From positions 1-28,358 of the forward strand of contig NW_021836429.1 in assembly GCF_006345805.1 (NCBI RefSeq): 28,358 nucleotides of DNA. Direction: 5' to 3'. This DNA comes from Octopus sinensis. Its lineage: Eukaryota. Both the position numbers and the translations under genes were made by a program. Within the stretch, counting starts at the first letter, position 1. The number at the start of each line of letters is the position of its first letter. The notes beneath the pieces were generated by a model, which saw only the letters and a program-made list of their open reading frames with translations, did no database searches and had not been told where the DNA came from. Below are positions 1 to 9,579 of this stretch, piece after piece.

Positions 1-61
<61 letters not shown>

Positions 62-85
62 CTATCTATCTATCTATCTATCTAT
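1..85. repeat. (TATC)n / GATA microsatellite
   Basis: Near-perfect ATCT tetranucleotide run from the window start. Confidence 0.97.
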
Positions 86-261
86 ATGGGAATATACAAA
101 AAATAAAAGACGAGACGGATGATGTATTGTGTAAACAACAAACAGATGTATTAATTTAACGCTCAGGAAATGAGAAAGTCTTTTACGTTTCGAGCCGATG
201 CTCTTCGACAGAAAGGAACACAGAAATAAACAGGGAGAGAAAATAGAAGAAGGTTTAGTGG

Positions 262-476
262 CTGTGTGTGCGTCTGTGTTCCCCCCCCCTCCATCGCTTG
301 ACAACCGACGCTGGTGTGTTTACCTCCCCGTAACTTAGCGGTTCAGCATAAGAGAACGATAGAATAAGTACTAGGCTTACAAAAATAAGTCCTGGGTTCT
401 TTTTCCTCGATTAAAGGCGGTGCTCCAGCATGGCCGCAGTTAAAATGACTGAAACAAGTAAAAGAATGAAAGAATA
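262..476 (+). mobile_element. SINE family A (3' portion of composite tRNA-SINE)
   Basis: Motif series cgcttgacaaccg...cccgtaacttagcggttc...gaataagtactaggcttacaaa...gcggtgctccagcatggccgcag...aatgactgaaacaagtaaaaga recurs at ~930, 5140, 18385, 25010, 25180 and 26706 (minus). Confidence 0.85.
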
Positions 477-724
477 TCAGTGGCTAGCATGCGTAATAAA
501 GTCAGTAGACAACATATTTTCATATTTAATAGTGTATAAACAACTTACGTATTTATACACGAAAGAGGTGATCTTTAACAGGACACCTTGTATGCTAGAG
601 AGGACAGTCAAAGCCCAAACCACGAATAAGAGCAATTTCAAAGGGAATGAAATTAAAAAAATACTTTTGTAGTTACCCTCAAACTCGAGTTTCTCTATCA
701 ATGTGCAAATAAATTAATTTCTTC

Positions 725-850
725 TGATTCATTACGTCCTGAGTTCGAATTCCACCGAGGTTGTCGTTCTCTTTCATTCTTTCGGGACTCACTGAAATAA
801 GTACCAGTCATATACTGGTATCGATGTAATTGACTTACCAATCCCTTTAA
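725..850 (+). mobile_element. Degraded SINE family B fragment
   Basis: gagttcgaattccaccgagg (B-box-like) followed by ctttcattctttcggga...aagtaccagt; matches the better-preserved copies at 2488-3074 and 22333-23047. Confidence 0.7.
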
Positions 851-904
851 AACTGCTGATCTTGCACCAAAATTGGAACGAAAAACAGAATATTTCCATT
901 AATC

Positions 905-1130
905 TATGTGTGTGAGCATGTGTGTCCGAGTTTGTGTTTGTGTTTGTTCCTTACAACCACTTGACAACCGGTGTTGTTTTGTTTACATCAGCGTAACTTA
1001 AAGATTCTGCTAAAACGATCATTACAATAAGAAACATTTTAAAATAACCATTGAGATCGATCTGTTCGACGAAACTCTACAAGGCAGTGCCCTAGTATGG
1101 CCGCAGCCATCTGACTGAAACAAACAGAAG
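905..1130 (+). mobile_element. Degraded SINE family A copy
   Basis: cacttgacaaccggtgtt...cgtaactta...tatggccgcagccatctgactgaaacaa, preceded by a TG-rich stretch as in other copies. Confidence 0.7.
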
Positions 1131-2261
1131 GTAAACGTAACACATGACGAAAGTCAATCCAAAATGGAATTCCAGTCTATTGATTTGAGATTTCGAACAC
1201 CACGGAAGGGAGAGTTTTTATTTACTAATTGCTTAGATAACTCAGTTGATCAAAATACACCTCCTTACTATATTATACATATAAACGTATCTGAGATACT
1301 GTCATATTTCTCTACCGCTGTAGTGTTGTTTACTTCTTTAATAATTCTTAATAAATATGTCTATTAACCGTTATTCAACTCATTCTTTATAATTAATCAA
1401 TTTCCGGTTGAATAATCAATCAATCATCATCGTCAGATATTTTAAAAAATGCCTGTTCAGGAACGGATAGTTTTGAGTCGATTTTATTCGTTTCTGATGA
1501 CCACAACAATAATAAAATAAAATAAAACTCAAGAGGCGTTACTACTGAACAACTCGGTCACCAATCAAGGGGACATCGTCCCCCGTTCCACCTTGCTGTC
1601 GAGATTTGATCTAAATTAGTCGTTACACTAATTGCAAAATGCAATACCCAGAGAAGGAAAGAGGGAGGGACATGTAGATTGATAGAAAGAGACAGAAAGA
1701 GAGAAAGAGACTGAAAGAGAGAGAGAGAGAGAGAAAGTGACTGAAAGAGAGAGACATGTTAAAACGATAATTTATGACATCTTGATAAAGAATATGATTT
1801 CATTTACGGGTATTAAAGGGTTATAAAGGAATGCGTGATGATTTAATTTATGCATAGTAAAGAGACTTAAGGAAGAGGTTTAACATATGATTGCTACATT
1901 ATTCTCAAAACAAATACGGACATCTAAATCTTTCATTAAATATCACTGGCGATAAGAAAGAGATTTAACATACGTATGTTACATTAGTGTCCAAACAAAT
2001 GTGGACATTCGAAGCTATCACTAAATATCACTGACCGCCCATAGTTTTTGAATCAAAGTTATATGCTGAATGACCCAAGGGGCCATCGTTTGAGGGAAGT
2101 GGTGAAATAAAAATAGAGAGAAATGCACAAAAAAAAACGTAAACATACGTAAATAATTGCTTCAAATGTTGAAACAATGGTAGTAATTTTAAAGGAAGGA
2201 AGTTAATCGATTATATCGCTTCCAATACTTGATTAATACTTTTATTTAATCGATCTCGATA

Positions 2262-2480
2262 GAATGGAAAGCAATGTTGACCTCGACGAGATTTGGACTA
2301 GGAACGTAAAAATCTGGACGAAATCTCGCTCAGAATTTTGTCCGATCGCCAACAATTCCGCCAGTTTGTCGTCTTAATGCATTTATACAATGATTTTCCT
2401 ACGAGAAAATTTTGGCGGCGGACTTGAAAGGAATATCCGATTATATCGAGATCAATATTTGACTGGTACATTATTTTATT
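2262..2480 (-). mobile_element. Highly degraded SINE family B remnants
   Basis: gaaagcaatgttgacctcgacgagatttggact...aattccgccagt resembles the reverse complement of the family B head and core. Confidence 0.45.
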
Positions 2481-2487
2481 ATCCCAA

Positions 2488-3074
2488 GGCAGCAACTGGC
2501 AGAAACGCTTTGTGGTATTTTGTCTGCCGCTACGTTCTGGGTTCAAATTCCACCGAGGTCGACTTTACCTTTCATCCTTTCGGGTTCGATTAATTAAGTA
2601 CCAGTTACGCGCTGGGGTCGATATAATCGATTTAATCCGTTTGTCTGTCCTGGTTTGTTTGTCCTCTCTGTGTTTAGCCTCTTGTAGGTAGTAAAAGAAA
2701 TAAGTATTTCATCTGTCGCTACGTTCTGTGTTCAAATTCTGCCAAGGTCGACTTTGCCTTTCATCCTTTCGGGGTCGATTAAATAAGTACCAGTTACGCG
2801 CTGGGGTCGATATAATCGACTTAATCCGTTTGTCCCCTCTGTGTGTAGCCCTTTGTGGACAGTAAAGACATAAGAAACGTTAGCACGCCGGGCGAAATGC
2901 TTAGCAGTATTTTGTCTGTCTTTATGTTCTGAGTTCAAATTCCGCCGAGGTCGACTTTGCCTTTCATCCTTTCGGGTTCGATAAATTAAGCACAAGTTGC
3001 TTACTGGGGCTGATCTAATCGACTGGCGCCCTCCCCACAAATTTCAGGCCTTGTGCCTAAAGTAGAAAATATTA
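2488..3074 (+). mobile_element. Tandem trimer of tRNA-derived SINE family B (B1-B1-B2 tails)
   Basis: Three head-to-tail units starting at ~2488, 2703 and 2873. Each has gttcaaattc (B box) and gtcgactttgcctttcatcctttcgggg(t)tcgat..aagtaccagt. The first two end in the ttaatccgtttgtc...tagccc...gtaaaga tail; the last ends in ccctccccacaaatttcaggccttgtgcctaaagtagaaa. Confidence 0.88.
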
Positions 3075-3276
3075 TTTTATCAAACTCGGAAGAGTGAAAG
3101 ATATATTTGACCAATGCGGCATCCGAAATCTGAATATGAAGAGCCGAAATAAATACAGCAAAACGTTTTGTCCGGCGATCTGACGATTACGACGGGGTAG
3201 GAAGAATGGAGTCAGTGTGATTGAATTTTCTTAAAAATGGAGTTTATATTAATTAAGATGTCGGAGATGGATGATT

Positions 3277-3416
3277 CGTTGTAAGTTTAAATTCCGCGTG
3301 GTGGCCATTACCTTACATCCTTTCGGGGTTGAAGAGAAAAGTACCAATCAAGTATCGGGGTCAACTCCCCTTCTCAAACTTTCAGGCTCTGTGCCTTTAG
3401 TTGAAGGAATTATTAT
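3277..3416 (+). mobile_element. Degraded SINE family B (B2 tail)
   Basis: agtttaaattccgc...catcctttcggggttg...aagtacca...tttcaggctctgtgcctttagttgaa. Confidence 0.6.
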
Positions 3417-3429
3417 TCTGGCGAATGAT

Positions 3430-3887
3430 GGCAGTGTTAGTAATGATAATGTTGATGTTGTTGTAGGGGGTGGTAGTGGCAAATGTATTGTTAATAATAA
3501 TTTTGTTGTTGCTAGTGCTGTGGTGGTCGTAGCTATGATCAAAGGTGATTATATACAATCATGTTTATATGGAAGATTAGTAATAAATGGAGGAGAAAGT
3601 AATGGTGGTGGTGGTGACGGTGGTGTTGGTTGGTGTAGGCGTTAATGAAGCGGTGGGAAACGACGACGTTGGAGGCGGAGATGATGTTGATAACGAGGAG
3701 GATGAAGTAATGAAGGAGAAGGTTGTTGTTAATGAGACGATGGTAATGATGATGGTGATTGTAATTGTGTTTGATAATAATGATGACGACGACGACGATG
3801 ACGACAATGGCAACGAAGACACTGATGATAATAATGATGTCGATGATGACGGCGACCGACGTCTACCACGATGTTCATGATGATGAT
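3430..3887. repeat. Low-complexity (GGT/GTT/GAT/GAC)n trinucleotide region
   Basis: Degenerate triplet repeats; source of the spurious V/D/S/T-rich ORFs at 3271-3974. Confidence 0.85.
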
Positions 3888-4102
3888 AATCTTTTCTACT
3901 CTAGGCACAAGGCCCGAAATTTTGGGGAGGAGGACAGTCGAATATATCGACCCCAGTATGCAACTGGTACTTAATTTATCGCCCCCGAAAGGATGAAAGG
4001 CAAAGTCGACCTCAGCGGAGTTTGAAATCAGAACGTGCAGACAGACGAAATACCGGTAAGCATTTTGCTCAGCGTGCTAACGATTCTGCCAACTCGTAGC
4101 CT
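3888..4102 (-). mobile_element. Full-length SINE family B (B2 tail)
   Basis: Reverse complement reads ggctacgagttggcagaatcgttagcacgc (A-box head)...ttctgatttcaaactccgctgaggtcgactttgcctttcatcctttcggggg...ggccttgtgcctagagtagaaaag. Confidence 0.88.
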
Positions 4103-4104
4103 TA

Positions 4105-4204
4105 AATGATGATGATAACGATGATGATGATGGTGATGAAGATGACGCTGATGATAATAATGATGATGATGATGAGGAGGAGGAGGATGTTTATGATGAT
4201 GTTT
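4105..4204. repeat. (GAT)n/(GAG)n microsatellite
   Basis: Degenerate gat triplet run. Confidence 0.85.
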
Positions 4205-4260
4205 TGAGTGGATTTGGCAGACGGAAACTTAAAGAAGCCCGTCGTATATATATATACATA
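4205..4260 (+). mobile_element. SINE family C fragment ending in (TA)n
   Basis: gagtggatttggcagacggaaacttaaagaagcccgtcgtatata matches 24950-24990. Confidence 0.75.
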
Positions 4261-4273
4261 TTTAATTCTTTTT

Positions 4274-4392
4274 GAAATTCTTCCTGAATAAATGCCTAAT
4301 TGACTGGTTGCAAATATGGGAATTTGAATTGAAGTATTTCATTTCCATAATTGAACTGACTGGGGGTGGAAACAGCTGTAGGCAGGAATTTC
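4274..4392 (+). ncRNA. Degenerate type I hammerhead ribozyme motif (HHR3)
   Basis: Stem I gaaattcttc / ggcaggaatttc; core ctgaata (CUGANGA with one substitution, 4284-4290); ~78-nt imperfect hairpin as stem II (tatgggaa/tttccata, ggtt-g-caa/ttg-aact); gaaac-agct-gta at 4369-4380. Flanked by TA repeats. Confidence 0.5.
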
Positions 4393-4450
4393 TCCACAAG
4401 AATTCGAATACCTTTCAATAAATACTACAATTTTTCTATTTTCTCCCTTT

Positions 4451-4481
<31 letters not shown>

Positions 4482-4485
<4 letters not shown>

Positions 4486-4657
4486 AATTGAGATAGGGGT
4501 TGTAAATGCAACCCTCCATGGGATAACATATATCCAATCTACCGCTAGTGAGGTACCCAACAAAGTTAATACATAAACGTTAATGATTGCGATGCAATTA
4601 ATTCATTTACTGTATTATATGGGCAAAGGTAAAATGATTTACCACAAATTACTAATA
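4482..4657. mobile_element. Unclassified 176-bp interspersed repeat 'D', copy 1, embedded in (TA)n
   Basis: About 93% identical by manual alignment, with the same two ends, to 18853-19029. Confidence 0.85.
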
Positions 4658-4666
4658 TATATATAT

Positions 4667-4753
<87 letters not shown>

Positions 4754-4765
4754 CATATATATGTA

Positions 4766-4995
4766 TGTTGTAAGAGATAATGGTGTCATTTCATTGAGAC
4801 CCAAAGGTGTCAGGTAATGCTGAATAAGTGCTATAGACAGACCATAGTTAAATTCCAGATTTGGTAATTTTGCGAATAAGGGGTTCAACTTTGGCTCAAT
4901 GTCAGCGTGTGTATATAAGAATTTTTTGCGGAATGAGATAAAAAGCCAAGGCTGTATAGTTACTAGAACATTTATAGACAGGTCTTACAGCTGTT

Positions 4996-4997
<2 letters not shown>
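4766..4997 (-). mobile_element. 5'-truncated hammerhead-family element 'E' (HHR 3' half plus ~215-nt tail ending in microsatellite)
   Basis: Minus strand begins gaaac-agct-gta-agac, the same 12-mer as HHR2 and HHR3; (TA)n lies on both sides. Confidence 0.5.
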
Positions 4998-5034
<37 letters not shown>

Positions 5035-5051
5035 CTGAAACTAGAATCAAT

Positions 5052-5098
<47 letters not shown>

Positions 5099-5139
5099 CA
5101 TACATACATATATGTAGGTATATATGTATGTGTATGAGT

Positions 5140-5300
5140 CTATCTGTGTTTGTCCCCCACTAGCGCTTGACAACCGGGCTTAGTGTCAAGCGGTTCGGCA
5201 AAAGAGGCGATGGGATAAGTAGTAGGCTTAAAAAAGCACTTCAATGCGGTGCTCCAACATGGCCGCAGTGAAATGAGTAATAGAAGTAAAAGAATATAGG
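5140..5300 (+). mobile_element. SINE family A copy with internal deletions
   Basis: tgtgtttgtcccccac..cgcttgacaaccg...gcggttcggcaaaagag...gcggtgctccaacatggccgcagt. Confidence 0.78.
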
Positions 5301-5599
5301 AATAAAAGAATATGTACGTATTTATGTATATATGCTTATATATCTTCGTGTTTATGCAAGCGTGAATATATCTTTAAATAGATATGTGTGCATGTGCGTG
5401 TGTGTGCGTGTGCGTGCGTGTGTGTGTGTGTGTGCGTGTATGTGTGTGTGTGTGCGAATGCGTGTTTGTGTGCGTTGATGCGTATACAAGGCTACTTCAC
5501 GTATCAGCTGAGTGCAGAAAGAGGGCTTCATAGGGGCCAAAGGTGAGAACCATAAGAGGCTTCAGTCTCCGGCAAGATTACCGAGAGTGGAAATGCAAT

Positions 5600-6790
<1,191 letters not shown>

Positions 6791-7039
6791 ACGCACGTAT
6801 AGAAAGATAATTACCGAAGATGAAAGAGGCGTTGACAATGCGAATGAAGTACAGAAAAAAAAGGGTACGTAACGCAGAATAAACGGAAGAGGAGGAGATA
6901 GAGACAAAGAGGATGTAACAGGAAGACTGGGGGGGGAAGGGAGCAGGGCTCAATGGAAAGAAGAAGAAACATACGATGGTGTTGATGGTGGAGGTACTCG
7001 TGGGCGGCGAGAAAGGAAAAGGGTTGCAGAAGACGGTCG

Positions 7040-7570
7040 GGGATTCTCTCCCTCTCTCTCTTTCTCTCTTTATATATATATATATATATATTGGTAGAAA
7101 TATGTTTAGTTAGCGAGATTAACAGAGAGAGAGACGAAGAGAGAGAGAGAGAGAGAGAGAGTGGGGGATAAACTGATTGATAGATAGCTACATAGATACA
7201 GAGATAGATGGGTAGATTGGTAGATAAATAGATAGGCATTTTGATTGGTTGATATCTAGATAGATTTACGATTACATAAATAATTTGATAGTCAGGTAGA
7301 TAGAATGGGTAGGGAGATATCGATAGATATATGGACAAGTATTGATAGTTAAATAGATAGATAGATAAGTTAAAGGATGGACAGAGAGTTAGGTAAATGT
7401 TTAGACAGATAAATAGATGGCTAGATAGATAGACAGATATAGATTGATAGAACTATAGATAGATATTTAGATAGATATGTAGGTAGATAAGCAGAGACGG
7501 AAAGAGAGAGATGGTCAGATAGAGATAGACACTTTGATGAATGGATAGACAGCTAGACAGACAGATAAAC

Positions 7571-7621
<51 letters not shown>

Positions 7622-8545
7622 TATATAAAGAAGGCTAGGTGAATTGATTTATAGATAGATGGATAGATAGATACATCGACAGATAGAAATAAACACTCTA
7701 ATGGATGGATAGATGGCATACATATGTAGATAGATGGCTAGAGAAAGCGATAAATAGATAGAAAGAACTGGGGAAAAGGCAGAAGGAGTTACGGCAATTG
7801 AAAGAGAAAGATAGAATGAGTGAAAGAAGTTAGAGAATAAAAAATACGAACTACTGGAATATAAAATGAAAGACGGAGAAAGAGAAAGAGGGAAGAAGCG
7901 AAAAATGAAAGATTGTGAAACAGACACATAAAAATAACGAAAACAAAGAGAAAAAAGACTTAATGGCATGAAAGAGCGAGAGAAAGAAAGAGAGAGAGAG
8001 AGGGGGGAATGTAAACAGGAAGGAAGGAAGGTAACTAGGAAAGATCGAAATGGGAAGTTGTTAAGATAAAGGTGAATAAGGGGATCGAGTTCAAGAAGTG
8101 GAGTGTAAAGTAGGCGGCGAAATATAAAAAAAGGAATGTTAAGACGATTTGACGATGAGAAAGACGAAAGCAAGAATAAAAGTGAAAAGAGAAAGACAAA
8201 ATAAAGAAAAAGAGCAAAATAAAAGTAAAAATAAATAGATGACTAAATAATGGCGAAAATGAAAGTGAAAGTAGAGGTAGGGGAGAAAGAAAAAAAGCAA
8301 TAAAAGGAGAAAGAGACTAAGAGTATAAAGGAATAAACAAGAAATTAGTAAGAATTAAGGTGTAGCACGGACGTCATTGAAGGTGGTGACTCTAATGACA
8401 CGAGAATAGTGAGCAATGAAGCAATTAAAGTAAGAATGGTAAGAGGGAAGGGCGGAGAAGAGGGGAAAAGGGAAAGAGTGAGGGGGGGACCCAGAGAGGA
8501 AAACTGGAAGACAAATAAGGAAAGAATGCGGGTGAAGAAAGGGTA
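7040..8545. repeat. (GA)n/(GATA)n-derived purine-rich low-complexity tract
   Basis: The plus strand is strongly A/G-biased, with agat and ag repeats, over ~1.5 kb. Confidence 0.85.
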
Positions 8546-8554
8546 CAAATATAT

Positions 8555-8556
8555 GA

Positions 8557-8588
<32 letters not shown>

Positions 8589-8645
8589 GTCTGTCTGACT
8601 GTCAGTCTTTCTGTCTGTCTGTCTGTCAGTTTCTCTGCCTGTCTG

Positions 8646-8729
<84 letters not shown>

Positions 8730-8783
8730 ACTATCTATCTATCTATTTATGTATGTATGTATCTATCTATCTATCTATTTATG

Positions 8784-8824
<41 letters not shown>

Positions 8825-8875
8825 ATCTATCTATCTATTTATCTATCTATCTATCAATCATCTATCATCTATCTA
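8555..8875. repeat. (TATC)n/(TGTC)n microsatellite
   Basis: Directly visible tetranucleotide runs. Confidence 0.95.
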
Positions 8876-9045
8876 TGGAATGAAATGAGAGGCATGAAGA
8901 ATGTGTAGAGGAAAGAGTTGAGGGAAAGAAAGAAAAGCAGGAATAAAGAGGAGGTGGAGGTGAAGTGAAGAGACTTAGGGAAGCATAAGAATACACATAG
9001 GTATACATATACGCCTCTGTTCGTTCAGCTATATATGTATATATG

Positions 9046-9061
<16 letters not shown>

Positions 9062-9100
<39 letters not shown>
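9062..9100. repeat. (GT)n microsatellite abutting the 3' end of the hammerhead element
   Basis: Perfect GT run that merges into the repeat starting at 9098. Confidence 0.95.
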
Positions 9101-9105
<5 letters not shown>

Positions 9106-9256
9106 ATACTTGCCATCTCAATATGGCTAACCAGTAAGGGTGGATGTTACTGTAGCTTGTAGCCCCAGGAGAACATCGTCTCCAGCTGGCTTTAGGCACA
9201 TTTTCTGTGCCCTTATGATATTTGTAAAGGGAGGTCACCCTACCCATCGTCAACCT

Positions 9257-9318
9257 AAGTGATACGCACGGACTGCAGTTTCTAGGTATTGACCCCTCAT
9301 CAGCGTACGACAATCACC
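9257..9318 (-). ncRNA. Type I hammerhead ribozyme (HHR1)
   Basis: Minus strand: ggtgat-tgt-cgtacg | ctgatga | ggggt-caat-accta | gaaac-tgca-gtc^ | cgtgcg-t-atcactt. The CUGAUGA and GAAA core is intact, stem I is 6+5 bp with an internal loop, helix III is palindromic and the cleavage triplet is GUC (cut 9271/9270). The only defect is a G10.1-A11.1 mismatch. Confidence 0.82.
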
Positions 9319-9328
9319 GGTTTTTGAT
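9315..9328. repeat. Target-site duplication of the Tx1 LINE (left copy, caccggtttttgat)
   Basis: Identical 14-mer at 14148-14161; the flanking bases differ on both sides. Confidence 0.9.
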
Positions 9329-9579
9329 TAATTCTTTATTGCGATTATAAAATCAGTACATAGAAGAACAATACAGGACATACATACAAAAAACAGTTAA
9401 GTGGTTCGTTTAAAAATTTCCACAATATATGGATTATTCATTATACAAAAAACAGTATTTAAATTGTCCTTTGCATTGACTAATATAACATTACATTAGA
9501 TTGAAATCTTACCGATATATTTTAAACCCCGGCAACCTATAAGGCCCCGCAGCTTTCCTTTCCTCTTCTCCATCCATAG

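Larger units (their letters stand above)
9098..9328 (-). mobile_element. Retrozyme/Penelope-like non-autonomous element, 3' part (HHR plus 138-bp terminal repeat)
   Basis: 9098-9235 is a direct repeat of 14287-14424 (5 mismatches in 138 bp); contains HHR1; separated from its 5' part by the LINE. Confidence 0.8.

Noticed and set aside
1390-1505. ctgacga (minus, ~1430-1436) and ctgatga (plus, ~1494-1500); similar heptamers at 3180, 3833 and 4149
   Set aside because: No properly placed stem II/GAAA/stem III; expected by chance in GAT-rich sequence.
2298-3040. ORFs such as MNPERSGRQ..., MWGGRQSIRS... (also 22494-22700, 24446-24856, 25053-25328)
   Set aside because: Chance frames through SINE copies; the same peptides recur wherever the SINE occurs.
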